Made by a program: the position numbers and the translations under genes
Assembly: GCA_031265365.1 (NCBI GenBank)
Contig: JAISCS010000030.1
Coordinates: 1-56,282, forward strand
Length of the DNA: 56,282 nt
Source of the DNA: Verrucomicrobiales bacterium
Lineage (GTDB): Bacteria > Verrucomicrobiota > Verrucomicrobiia > Methylacidiphilales > JAAUTS01
Direction: 5' to 3'
Part shown: piece by piece, positions 29,710 to 38,731 of the stretch
How positions within the stretch are numbered: position 1 is the stretch's first letter
Layout of the letters: the number at the start of each line of letters is the position of its first letter
Notes under the pieces: model-generated
What the model saw: the letters and a program-made list of their open reading frames with translations, nothing else
Databases searched by the model: none
What the model was told of the DNA's origin: nothing

Positions 29710-30265
29710 GACGTTTCGCTGCGTGATGCAGCCGTTGTTTGAGTTGACGTTTGGCGCGGAAAATTCTCCATGACACCGTGGCCTCGGCACAGCCTAGGAT
29801 TTGCGTGGCTTCGGCGTGGTTGCGGTTTTCGTAATAAGCCAGCACCAGCGCGTGCCGCCAATCATCGGGCAGCGCGGCAAGGGCGGCGTGCAATGGTGAA
29901 AAATCAGCAATATCACCGTCTCCGCCGGCAACATGGGTTTCCTCAATGCCGGCGGTCAGCGGCAAATTAAAATCGCGCCGCCGCTGACGTTGACGGAATA
30001 AATCCCGCTGCCGGTTGGCGGCGATTTGATAGAGCCAGTTTTTGAACGACGCCTCGCGCCGGAACCCGCCGATGGCACGCGCGGCGCTGACAAAGGTCTC
30101 CTGCGCGATGTCGTCGGCATCGTGGGCGCTGAGTGTCAGGCGGTAAGCAAAGGCGTGTATCATCGCGTAATACCGGTTGAACAAGTCCGCGAAAGCATCC
30201 GCATCGCCGCTGATGGCGGCCCCGACCAATCTCGATTCGTTGGCAAGCTCCTCGGTCTGGTTCAT
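29702..30265 (-). CDS. ECF-type RNA polymerase sigma-70 family factor
   Basis: Region 2 (FADLFNRYYAMIHAFAYRLT...DADDIAQETF) and region 4 (LPDDWRHALVLAYYENRNHAEATQILGCAEATVSWRIFRAKRQL). Confidence 0.9.
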   Translation of the reverse strand: MNQTEELANESRLVGAAISGDADAFADLFNRYYAMIHAFAYRLTLSAHDADDIAQETFVSAARAIGGFRREASFKNWLYQIAANRQRDLFRQRQRRRDFNLPLTAGIEETHVAGGDGDIADFSPLHAALAALPDDWRHALVLAYYENRNHAEATQILGCAEATVSWRIFRAKRQLKQRLHHAAKRHE

Positions 30266-30421
30266 TCTTTACGCTGATTATGACGAAAAAAACGCGCGAA
30301 TCCTTTGATATTTTTCAAAAATCAATGGCGTGCCGGCGGAAGAAATCAAACCGGTTATTATAACAAATGCTTGTTACACCAGCCAGTTTCTGTGAAAACT
30401 ATCGCCGTGACCACAAAAATA

Positions 30422-30625
30422 AGATTCTATCCCGTGAACAGAGGAATTGCGGCGGCGTGTGGTAAGCGCAGCATAATTCCCCTTCACGGCAGGGGAATTA
30501 ACGTTCGCGGAGAGCGGAGGGGCGGAGAGTACGAGCGGGGAATTTGCTTGCACGGAGGGGTATAGAGGTATGGTCAGCGGGATTTGTTTCAATGCTGACG
30601 ATTCCACAGCTCACGGGATAGAACC
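30422..30625. repeat. Family-A MITE-like element with terminal inverted repeats
   Basis: Ends agattctatcccgtgaacag ... ctcacgggatagaacc. The internal segment ataattccccttcacggcaggggaatt is shared with the other A copies. Confidence 0.75.
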
Positions 30626-30675
30626 AAAAAAGAACGTGGATTTTTATCCCGCGACCCGCTAACCTTCATCCCCCC

Positions 30676-31686
30676 ATGATTGAAGATTTGCAACAACTCA
30701 AAGACCAAGCCCTGACCGAGCTTGCCGCCGCCGCTGACGCTGACGCCGTCGAAGCGTGGCGCGTCAAATATCTTTCCCGCCAGGGCCTGCTGCCCGTCTT
30801 CCTCGAAAAAATCAAAACGCTGCCCAAGGAACAACGTCCCGAGGCGGGCAAAGCCGCCAACCTCGCCAAGCTCACCATCAGCGACGCCTACGAGGCGAAA
30901 AAAGAACAATTCTCCACCGTCACCAGCAGCGCCCCCGAAGACCCGACCCTGCCCGGCCGCCCCGTCCCGTGGGCGACGCAACACGTGGTCAACCAGACCA
31001 TTGACCGCGTCGTGCAAATTTTCCGCCGCATGGGTTTCGCCCTCGCCACCGGCCCCGAAATTGACACCGAGTTTTACAACTTCGACGCCCTCAACACCCC
31101 CGCCGACCATCCCGCGCGCAACGAGCAGGACACGTTCTACGTGGACGCCCCCGCTGACCGTGACGGCCACCGCTGGCTGTTGCGCTCGCAAACCAGCACC
31201 GTGCAAATCCGCGCCATGCAAACGCAACCGCCGCCGATTAAAATCGTCGCCCCGGGCCGCTGCTACCGCCGCGATGAAATTGACGCGACGCACGGCGTTT
31301 TCTTCCACCAAATCGAGGGCTTGGTCGTGGACGACGGCATCACCCTCGCCGACCTCAAAGGCACGATGGAATACTTTTTCAAGGAATTTATTGGCGCTGA
31401 CACTCGTGTTAGGTTTCGCCCGCACTTTTTCCCGTTCACCGAGCCGAGTTTTGAAATAGACATGGCGCGCAGCGGCGCGACGATGAAAGGCAAAGAATGG
31501 CTCGAAATCGCCGGCTGCGGCATGGTTGACCCCGCTGTGTTTGACAACGTCAACATTGACAGCCGGCGCTACACCGGCTTCGCCTTCGGCATGGGCGTCG
31601 AGCGCCTCGCCATGCTCCGGCACGGCATCAACGACCTCCGCCTCATCTACGAAAATGACCTCCGCTTTTTGTCACAGTTCAAATAA
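30676..31686 (+). CDS. pheS: Phenylalanine--tRNA ligase alpha subunit
   Basis: Full-length PheS similarity: HPARNEQDTFY, LLRSQTSTVQIR, FRPHFFPFTEPS, GFAFGMGVERLAML. Confidence 0.96.
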   Translation: MIEDLQQLKDQALTELAAAADADAVEAWRVKYLSRQGLLPVFLEKIKTLPKEQRPEAGKAANLAKLTISDAYEAKKEQFSTVTSSAPEDPTLPGRPVPWATQHVVNQTIDRVVQIFRRMGFALATGPEIDTEFYNFDALNTPADHPARNEQDTFYVDAPADRDGHRWLLRSQTSTVQIRAMQTQPPPIKIVAPGRCYRRDEIDATHGVFFHQIEGLVVDDGITLADLKGTMEYFFKEFIGADTRVRFRPHFFPFTEPSFEIDMARSGATMKGKEWLEIAGCGMVDPAVFDNVNIDSRRYTGFAFGMGVERLAMLRHGINDLRLIYENDLRFLSQFK

Positions 31687-31715
31687 GTCTTTGCGAACAT
31701 AAAACCCGCCGACGG

Positions 31716-32549
31716 TCACAACCGCGCCACATACTCCTGCGGATTAAACTCCACCAAATCATCCATCCCCTCGCCGAGGCCCACAAACAGCGGGTCAATG
31801 CCCTCCTCGGCTTTGATGGCGGCGACGGCGCCGCCTTTCGACGAGGTGTCGAGCTTGGTCACGATGATGCCGCTGATGGTGAGAAATTTGTGGAATTGCC
31901 GCGCTTGGTCGAGCGCGTTGCCGCCGTTGGTGCCGTCGAGCACCAGCAGCGTCTCGTGCGGCGCCGACGGGGATTGTTTCTGAATAACGCGCTTCATTTT
32001 TTCCAGCTCGCGCATCAGGTTTTCCTTGTTGTGCAGGCGCCCCGCCGTGTCAATCATCACCAACTCCGCGCCCCGCGCCTTCGCGTCCGCCAAGCCTTGA
32101 AACGCGGCGGCGGCGGGGTCGCCACCCTCGCGCCCGGCGCTGAAGCCGATGTCGAGCCGGTCAGCCCAAATCTTGAGCTGGTCAATGGCCGCGGCGCGAA
32201 ACGTGTCGGCGCCGATGAGATGAACTTTTTTGCCAAGTTTTTGATAACGGTTGGCGAGTTTGGCGATGCTGGTGGTCTTGCCCGTGCCATTGACGCCGAT
32301 GATGAGCCACACGGCGGGGTCGCCGCTGACAATGGGCTTGCGGACGGGTTTTTTCCAAAGTTCAAGAATAGCCTGCGACGCGGCGGCGGTCACTGTCTGG
32401 TCGGACAACGCCTGGCCTTTCAGCTTGTCCAAAATCCGCTCCGTCAGCGCCAGCCCCAAGTCCGACTGGATGAGATGCGCCTCAATTTCATCCCAGTCAA
32501 CCTTGCCCCCCTTGAGTTCCGTGACCCATTTTTTGAAAAAAGAGAACAT
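31716..32549 (-). CDS. ftsY: Signal recognition particle receptor FtsY (short form)
   Basis: GVNGTGKTTSIAKLA, DTAGRLH and TKLD GTPase motifs. Confidence 0.93.
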   Translation of the reverse strand: MFSFFKKWVTELKGGKVDWDEIEAHLIQSDLGLALTERILDKLKGQALSDQTVTAAASQAILELWKKPVRKPIVSGDPAVWLIIGVNGTGKTTSIAKLANRYQKLGKKVHLIGADTFRAAAIDQLKIWADRLDIGFSAGREGGDPAAAAFQGLADAKARGAELVMIDTAGRLHNKENLMRELEKMKRVIQKQSPSAPHETLLVLDGTNGGNALDQARQFHKFLTISGIIVTKLDTSSKGGAVAAIKAEEGIDPLFVGLGEGMDDLVEFNPQEYVARL

Positions 32550-32558
32550 AATGCGTCG

Positions 32559-33389
32559 TTATTTTAGTCGTTTTGTCAAATTACGATTTTCCACCAGTGA
32601 CCGCATTTGCGTAATCGCCACGCGGTTAAGTTGTCGCAGGCGCTCGCTTTGCGGCAAGGCTTGGCGTATCAACAGGGCGTTGATACTTTCCATGTTGGAG
32701 AGCACGACCAGTTGTTCCAAGGCGGCGTGGTCGCGCACATTGCCGTCCGCCGCTGGATTTTGCTCCCGCCACTGCGCCGCTGTTTTGCCGAACAACGCAA
32801 CGTTCAATAAATCGGCTTCATTGGCGTAAATAATCGCGGCTTGCTCCTTGGTGACAACGCGCGGGATGATTTCCTCCTTGATTGCGTCGGTGTGAATCCG
32901 GTAATTGATTTTCGACAACGTGCGTTGCAAGTTCCATTCCAAGGACAAACGGCGCTGTTCATTGCGTTTAAGACGCTTGAACTCCGTGACTAAATAAAGT
33001 TTAAATTCGGAAGAAATCCATGAGGCAAATTCAAAGGCAATATCCTCATGGGCGTACGTCCCGCCATACCTTCCGGATTTTGAAATAAGGCCAATCGCGT
33101 TGGTGGCTTCAATCCATCTCTGTGGCGAGAGCACAAAATAATTGCTGCCCGCCTCCATTTTAAACCTCTCGAATTCGAGAGGTTTAAAATTAGGATTATT
33201 TAATTGCTCCCACAATCCAATAAACTCAATCGTACTGCGACTACGCAGCCAGTTATTGATTATGGAAAATGATTCTACTGGGTTCCGATATTTTGCAATG
33301 TCGGTTATGCAAATATAACTCTCTCCTTTTTGCTTGGACCAAAGGGTTATTTTTGTCCCCTGTACATTGACCGTTTCTTTCTTGCCCAT
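32559..33389 (-). CDS. KilA-N domain-containing protein
   Basis: N-terminal ...YICITDIAKY...NWLRSRSTIEFIGLWEQLNNPNF...GRYGGTYAHEDIAFEFASWIS matches the widespread ~270-aa KilA-N family. GC is lower than in the neighbouring genes. Confidence 0.8.
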   Translation of the reverse strand: MGKKETVNVQGTKITLWSKQKGESYICITDIAKYRNPVESFSIINNWLRSRSTIEFIGLWEQLNNPNFKPLEFERFKMEAGSNYFVLSPQRWIEATNAIGLISKSGRYGGTYAHEDIAFEFASWISSEFKLYLVTEFKRLKRNEQRRLSLEWNLQRTLSKINYRIHTDAIKEEIIPRVVTKEQAAIIYANEADLLNVALFGKTAAQWREQNPAADGNVRDHAALEQLVVLSNMESINALLIRQALPQSERLRQLNRVAITQMRSLVENRNLTKRLK

Positions 33390-33495
33390 ATTTTCTATTT
33401 CTGTTCAACCCCCTCGAATTCGAGGGGTTTGTTCTCTTTCCATGGCCAGCCTAAAAAGTTTTCTAATTATGGCGAATTCGCCGTAATTAAATGGG

Positions 33496-33945
33496 TCACT
33501 TATTTTTCCTCCCACCGTCAGCGTCCCCGCGCGCGGGGCGGTTGAGCGTCTTGATGATTTGGTCGAGGATGCCATTCACAAAACGGCCCGACTCCTCGGT
33601 GCTCAGTTGCTTGGCGATTTCAATGGCTTCGTTGATGGACACCACGGGCGGGATGTCGGGACAGTGCAGCATTTCGTACAACGCCAGGCGCAGGATGTTG
33701 CGGTCCACGGCGGCGATGCGTTTCAACTCCCAGTTATGCGAATACTTGGTGATTTGCGCGTTCAGTTCCTCGTAATTGGCGAGCACGCCGCGAATGGCGG
33801 GTTCGGCGAGTTTTCGCAATGCCGTCGCCGCCTCGGTAGTGTCCCAGAAGTTCAGCAGACTGCGGTCCAAGTCCTGCTTGGCGCCGACTTCCACTTGGTA
33901 TAAAAATTGCACCGCCAACAATCGTGCATCGCGTCGTTTGCCCAT
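33496..33945 (-). CDS. nusB: Transcription antitermination factor NusB
   Basis: RRDARLLAVQFLYQ... and IELAKQLSTEESGRFVNGILD. Confidence 0.92.
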   Translation of the reverse strand: MGKRRDARLLAVQFLYQVEVGAKQDLDRSLLNFWDTTEAATALRKLAEPAIRGVLANYEELNAQITKYSHNWELKRIAAVDRNILRLALYEMLHCPDIPPVVSINEAIEIAKQLSTEESGRFVNGILDQIIKTLNRPARGDADGGRKNK

Positions 33946-33957
33946 AAAGTTTTTTTT

Positions 33958-34365
33958 CTAGGAAAGTTTCATCATCGTCAGCGCCGCCCGCGCGCCCTCG
34001 ACGCCGCGGTTGAGCGCCTTGCCGAAGCAACGCTCCCGCGCCTGTTTTTCGTTGCTGACATCCAGCACTTGATGAATGACCGGCTTGTCAAATTCCAGCG
34101 CCAGCGCCATCAAGTTGTTCGTGACGGCGCTGGCGATGAGGTCGGCGTGCGCGGTCTTGCCCTGCCAGATGACGCCGAACGCAATCGCCACGGCGACATC
34201 CCGGCGCTTCAGCAACCGCTTCACCATCAGCGGGATTTCATACGCGCCGGGCACCCTGACCGTCAGCGCGGGATGCCCGCGCAATTCCCGCTGACAATGG
34301 CGCACCAGCCCGTCCACGTATTCCTTGTTAAACTCGCTGGCGACAATGGCGATTTTTTTCCTCAC
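33958..34365 (-). CDS. ribH: 6,7-dimethyl-8-ribityllumazine synthase
   Basis: IAIVASEFN...VPGAYEIP...GVIWQGKTAHADL pattern. Confidence 0.9.
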   Translation of the reverse strand: MRKKIAIVASEFNKEYVDGLVRHCQRELRGHPALTVRVPGAYEIPLMVKRLLKRRDVAVAIAFGVIWQGKTAHADLIASAVTNNLMALALEFDKPVIHQVLDVSNEKQARERCFGKALNRGVEGARAALTMMKLS

Positions 34366-35612
34366 AAATTATGCCCCATTTTTGTTTTTTTTGTTTCCAA
34401 ATATTTCCGATTGTGCTTGTTCGGCTTCACGCGAATTGGCACTTGCGAGACAATCTCCAAGCCGTACCCGCTGAGGTTCACCACCTTCTTCGGATTATTC
34501 GTCAGCAAGCGCATTTTCCGCACGCCCAAGTCGTATAGAATCTGCGCCCCGATGCCGTACTCGCGCAAGTCGGCGGGGAAGCCGAGCTTGACGTTCGCCT
34601 CCACCGTGTCGTAGCCCTGTTCCTGCAACTTGTACGCGTGAATCTTTGCCCCGATGCCGATGCCGCGCCCCTCCTGCCCGCGCATGTACACCAGCACACC
34701 ACCGTCGGCGGCGATGCGTCGCATGGCTTCGTGCAACTGGCTCCCGCAATCGCAGCGGCGCGAGCCGAAAATGTCGCCCGTCAGACACTCGCTGTGCACG
34801 CGCACCAACAGCGGCTTGTTAGGATTAATCTTGCCCCTGGACAAGGCGAGGTGATGCGCGCCGTCCAACTCCGAGCGGTACAGATGCAAGTCAAACGCGC
34901 CGTAATCCGTCGGCATCGCCACGGTCTCCTCGCGCGCGACCAATTTTTCCGTGCGGCGGCGGTACGCTATCAAATCGCGGATGCTGCCGATTTTCAAGTC
35001 ATGCTCGGCGGCGAATTTCAACAAATCCGGCAGCCGCGCCATCTCGCCGTCGTCGCGCATCACCTCGCAAATCGCGGCGGACGGGTCAAGGCCCGCGAGC
35101 CGCGCCAAGTCCACCGCCGCCTCCGTGTGCCCCGCGCGCTGCAGGACGCCGCCGGGCTTGGCTTGCAACGGGAAAATGTGTCCGGGCTGGATGAGGTCGG
35201 CGGGCGTGGATTTTTTGCCCGACAAAATTTTCACCGCCTTTGCCCGGTCGGCGGCGCTGATGCCCGTGGTCACGCCGCGCGCCGCGTCCACGCTGACGGT
35301 GTAATCCGTGCGGAGCGAGTCGCGATTGTCAGCGACCATGCGCTGCAACCCAAGTTGCCGCGCGCGCTGCTGCGTGACGGGCGCGCACACCAACCCGCGC
35401 GCGTGCCGCACCATGAAATTAATCGCCGCCGGTGTGACCTTCTCCGCCGCGACGATGACATCACCCTCGTTCTCGCGGTCGGGGTCGTCGGTCATGACGA
35501 CCAGCCGTCCCTTCCGCACCTCGGCGATAATCTCCTCAATCGGGCTGAATCCGACGCTGACAGTGGGTGGTGTTTTTTTCATAATAAAATTCATTGTCAG
35601 CGGCATTACCAC
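34362..35612 (-). CDS. ribBA: Bifunctional 3,4-dihydroxy-2-butanone-4-phosphate synthase / GTP cyclohydrolase II
   Basis: DDPDRENEGD and RAGHTEA (RibB half); VRVHSECLTGDIFGSRRCDCG (RibA half). The start may instead be at 35582 (MKKTPP). Confidence 0.93.
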   Translation of the reverse strand: MVMPLTMNFIMKKTPPTVSVGFSPIEEIIAEVRKGRLVVMTDDPDRENEGDVIVAAEKVTPAAINFMVRHARGLVCAPVTQQRARQLGLQRMVADNRDSLRTDYTVSVDAARGVTTGISAADRAKAVKILSGKKSTPADLIQPGHIFPLQAKPGGVLQRAGHTEAAVDLARLAGLDPSAAICEVMRDDGEMARLPDLLKFAAEHDLKIGSIRDLIAYRRRTEKLVAREETVAMPTDYGAFDLHLYRSELDGAHHLALSRGKINPNKPLLVRVHSECLTGDIFGSRRCDCGSQLHEAMRRIAADGGVLVYMRGQEGRGIGIGAKIHAYKLQEQGYDTVEANVKLGFPADLREYGIGAQILYDLGVRKMRLLTNNPKKVVNLSGYGLEIVSQVPIRVKPNKHNRKYLETKKTKMGHNL

Positions 35613-36583
35613 CCCAGCAAATACGCGAACATCAGCGGCGCGACGATGGTGGCGTCGGACTCAATGATGAATTTCGGCGTGTCGATGCCGAGCTTGCCCC
35701 AGGTGATTTTCTCGTTCGGCACCGCGCCGGAGTAGCTGCCGTAGCTCGTCGTGCTGTCGCTGATTTGGCAAAAGTACGCCCACAGCGGCACGTTCGGGCG
35801 TTGCAAATCCTGATGCAACATCGGCACCACGCAAATCGGGAAATCGCCCGCGATGCCGCCGCCGATTTGGAAAAAGCCGAGCGGCGCCTGCACCGTCAGC
35901 GCCGTGTACCACTCCGCCAGCTCGCGCATGTACTCGATGCCCGTGCGGACGGTGTGCACGTTTTTCACGTCGCCGCTGATGACGTGGCCGGTGAACATGT
36001 TGCCGAGCGTCGAGTCCTCCCAGCCGGGCACGAAAATCGGCAGGTCACGCTCGGCGGCGGCGAGCAGCCAACTGTCCCGCGGGTCAATTTGATATTCCGC
36101 CCGCAACTTGCCGCCGAGCAAAATTTGGTACATGAACTGGTGCGGGAAAAAGCGTTGGCCGGCACGGTCGGCGGCGACCCATTCCTCCAGCACCGCCTGC
36201 TCAATGCGCCGCATCGCCTCGCCCTCCGGGATGCACGTGTCGGTCACGCGGTTGAGATGACGGTCTAACAACTCCTGCTCGTCGCGCGGCGTCAGGTCGC
36301 GGTAATGCGGCACGCGCCGGTAATAATCGTGCGCCACCAGGTTGAACACATCCTCCTCCAGGTTCGCGCCCGTGCAGCAAATGCCGTGCACCTTGCCCTG
36401 CCGAATCATCTCCGCCAGCGACAGGCCAAGCTCCGCCGTGCTCATCGCGCCCGCGAGCGTGACGAACATCTTGCCGCCGTCAGCGAGCAATTTTTCATAA
36501 CCTTGCGCCGCGTCCACCAGCGCGGCGGCGTTGAAGTGGCGGTAGTGGCGCGTGATAAATTGGGAAACAGGCCCTTTAATCAT
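35606..36583 (-). CDS. Deoxyhypusine synthase-like (homospermidine-synthase-type) protein
   Basis: HFNAAALVDA...TLAGAMSTAELG...CCTGANLEED...GGGIAGDF family pattern. Start MIKGPV at 36583. Confidence 0.8.
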   Translation of the reverse strand: MIKGPVSQFITRHYRHFNAAALVDAAQGYEKLLADGGKMFVTLAGAMSTAELGLSLAEMIRQGKVHGICCTGANLEEDVFNLVAHDYYRRVPHYRDLTPRDEQELLDRHLNRVTDTCIPEGEAMRRIEQAVLEEWVAADRAGQRFFPHQFMYQILLGGKLRAEYQIDPRDSWLLAAAERDLPIFVPGWEDSTLGNMFTGHVISGDVKNVHTVRTGIEYMRELAEWYTALTVQAPLGFFQIGGGIAGDFPICVVPMLHQDLQRPNVPLWAYFCQISDSTTSYGSYSGAVPNEKITWGKLGIDTPKFIIESDATIVAPLMFAYLLGW

Positions 36584-36616
36584 GCGCCATACGCTACCAG
36601 TGAATGAAAAAATTTC

Positions 36617-36706
36617 AACCACGAATGAACACGAATGGACGCGAATAATTTTGAAATTCATCGTCAGCGGCTGTTTATTCGTGTGAATTCGTGTTCATTC
36701 GTGGTT
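36617..36706. repeat. Family-B hairpin in a divergent intergenic region
   Basis: aaccacgaatgaacacgaatggacgcgaataa pairs with ttattcgtgtgaattcgtgttcattcgtggtt. The loop contains cgtcagcgg. Confidence 0.7.
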
Positions 36707-36716
36707 AAACTCCGTC

Positions 36717-37295
36717 ATGAAAAATCCCGTCGTACTGGTACACGGCTTCAAGGACAGCGGCCAAAAAATGTCGCGCATGGCGGCATGGCTGCGCGCGCGC
36801 GGCTGGGCAACGCACACGCCGACGCTGGCGCCGAGTTGGGGGCAAATCGGCATTGATCAACTGGCGCGGCAACTCGACGACTACATCGCGTCGTCACTGC
36901 CGGCGGCGGGAAAATTCGACCTCATCGGTTTCAGCATGGGCGGCTTAATCACGCGCTACTGGCTGCAAAAACTTGACCGTCAGCGGCGGGTCGAACATTA
37001 CCTCAGCATCGCCGCGCCGCATCACGGCACGCTGACGGCGTACTGTCTGCCGCTCCCCGCCGCGCGCCAAATGCGTTACCGCAGCGAGTTCTTGCGCGAC
37101 CTCGACGCTGACGCTGACATTTTGCCCAACATCAAAACCGCCGTGCTCTGGACGCCGCTGGACTTGATGATAATCCCCGCGACCAGCGCGCGTCTGCCCG
37201 GCGCCCGCGAATATAAAATCCCCGTCCCCGCGCATCAGCTGATGGTGACCTCGGAAAAAGTTTTCCGTGTTGTCGAGCGGGTGCTAATCGAATAG
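36717..37295 (+). CDS. Small alpha/beta-hydrolase, lipase/esterase-like
   Basis: VVLVHGF..., nucleophile elbow GFSMGG, and AAPHHGT. Confidence 0.75.
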   Translation: MKNPVVLVHGFKDSGQKMSRMAAWLRARGWATHTPTLAPSWGQIGIDQLARQLDDYIASSLPAAGKFDLIGFSMGGLITRYWLQKLDRQRRVEHYLSIAAPHHGTLTAYCLPLPAARQMRYRSEFLRDLDADADILPNIKTAVLWTPLDLMIIPATSARLPGAREYKIPVPAHQLMVTSEKVFRVVERVLIE

Positions 37296-37318
37296 AATAT
37301 GTTTGTTGATTCAATCAA

Positions 37319-37679
37319 ATGAATTTTGTAAAAAACACGTTTAAAATCGGAAGCCGTGGATTATCCATAATATTGGGAATGTTGGCATTGCTGGCCTTGG
37401 CAATGCCTCTTATTTACGGCATCACTGGTGCTTATGCAGAAGCGGAAGGTGGCGACGCAATCTTGGGGGTATTTTGGTGGTTTATTATATTTCCTTATAT
37501 TTCCCTTATTTGCCTTGCCGGCTTCGATTTTTAGTTTGATTAACATTGGATTAAACGGATGGAAACGCGCGAGATTCGGATATTATGTGATTGGTATAAT
37601 ATGGTTTTTTCCAATACTTTTTTTGATTATTGTGCTGGTTGCGTGGTTATTAGGAGCGTTGGGAATCTTGCATAAGTAA
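37319..37679 (+). pseudogene. Small multi-pass membrane protein, apparently split by a 1-nt frameshift in a T5 run
   Basis: ORF 37319-37534 ends ...LAGFDF*. Removing one T at 37526-37530 would continue as SLINIGLNGWKRARFGYYVIG..., which is the C-terminal part of ORF 37428-37679. The fused product would be a ~120-aa hydrophobic protein. AT-rich. Confidence 0.4.
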
Positions 37680-37904
37680 ATGCGGTTCCACAGCGATTTT
37701 TTACGTGACCTCAACGCTGCCGCTGACATTTTGCCAAACATCAAAACCACCGTGCTCTGGACGCCGCTGGACTTGATGATAATCCCCGCGATCAGCGCGC
37801 GCCTGCCCGGCGCCCGCGAATACAAAATCCCCGTCCCCGCGCATCCGCTGATGGTGACCGCGAAAAAAGTTTTCCGTGTTGTCGAGCAAGAATTATCGCG
37901 CTGA
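37680..37904 (+). pseudogene. Orphan diverged copy of the 3' end of the lipase gene
   Basis: The 225 bp are colinear with 37071-37295 at about 90% identity by eye (MRFHSDFLRDLNAAADILPNIKTTVLWTPLDLMIIPA... vs MRYRSEFLRDLDADADILPNIKTAVLWTPLDLMIIPA...). Confidence 0.8.
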
Positions 37905-37917
37905 ATTTTTGAAAAAA

Positions 37918-38142
37918 TCAAACCGCCACTGCCATTGCCACCATCGCTTGAGGCCGGGGAATGGCTTGGTGACGTCGGTTCAGTTCCTTGATTTCGTCCG
38001 CGACGAGCGAGCACAACTCGGCGTACACTTTGCGTTTGTCCCTGCCGTGGCAAACGCCGCCGATGAACAGGTCGGGACAGTAACCCACGTAAATTTCGTC
38101 CGCATCGCTCCATTGCACGAATTTCAAATAGTCGGTTTTCAT
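37918..38142 (-). CDS. hicB: HicB-like antitoxin
   Basis: MKTDYLKFVQWSDADEIYVGYCPDL... resembles the HicB N-terminal fold family. It is preceded by a hicA remnant with an ATGA overlap. Confidence 0.6.
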   Translation of the reverse strand: MKTDYLKFVQWSDADEIYVGYCPDLFIGGVCHGRDKRKVYAELCSLVADEIKELNRRHQAIPRPQAMVAMAVAV

Positions 38143-38221
38143 AACTGCACCTCGCGGATTGCCTCTTTCACCAGTTTTTCTTGATAATGAAAAGTGTCAG
38201 TTGCCGCACTTTTCGTGGCAT
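38139..38221 (-). pseudogene. hicA: Decayed hicA toxin remnant
   Basis: The minus strand reads MPRKVRQL... (typical HicA start) and stops after 17 codons. A second frame gives ...QEKLVKEAIREVQL*, whose TGA overlaps the hicB ATG. The 83-nt span is not a multiple of 3, implying an internal deletion. Confidence 0.55.
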
Positions 38222-38314
38222 GGGATCAATCTAAGTCAAAGGTAAAAATTGAGAAGCGGAAATTATGAAATCTTGCGTCTGGCTTTGAAGTTAATCCGCG
38301 GCTAAAATCAACAC

Positions 38315-38731
38315 ATGAAATCCTATCGCCAGGAACTTTGGTTCGACCTCAAGCAACGCCGCGAATTTGTCAATATCACGCCGCAAGTGGAGCGATGCCT
38401 CGCTGACAGTGGCATCAAGGAAGGCTTGTGCCTCGTCAACGCCATGCACATCAGCGCCAGCGTGTTCATCAACGACGACGAATCCGGCTTGCATCACGAC
38501 TTCGAGGTGTGGCTGGAAAAGCTCGCGCCGGAAAAACCGCATAGTCAGTACCAGCACAACGGCTACGAGGACAACGCTGACGCTCACCTCAAGCGCACCG
38601 TCATGGGGCGCGAAGTGGTCGTCGCCGTCAGCGGCGGCAAATTGGATTTCGGCCCGTGGGAGCAGATTTTTTACGGCGAGTTCGACGGCAACCGCAAGAA
38701 GCGCGTACTCGTCAAAATCATCGGCGAGTGA
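38315..38731 (+). CDS. yjbQ: YjbQ/UPF0047 family protein (secondary thiamine-phosphate synthase-like)
   Basis: [36 protein letters not shown]...[13 protein letters not shown]...[13 protein letters not shown]. Confidence 0.85.
   Translation: MKSYRQELWFDLKQRREFVNITPQVERCLADSGIKEGLCLVNAMHISASVFINDDESGLHHDFEVWLEKLAPEKPHSQYQHNGYEDNADAHLKRTVMGREVVVAVSGGKLDFGPWEQIFYGEFDGNRKKRVLVKIIGE

Noticed and set aside
30266-30421. ECF-type autoregulated promoter upstream of the sigma gene
   Set aside because: The candidate ggattc...cgtc has about a 13-nt spacer, against the usual 16-17. The tataat-like hexamer lacks a convincing -35 element. This is too weak to annotate.
30589-31623. 344-aa minus-strand ORF
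   Set aside because: Antisense shadow of pheS.
34638-35735. 365-aa plus-strand ORF
   Set aside because: Antisense shadow of ribBA.
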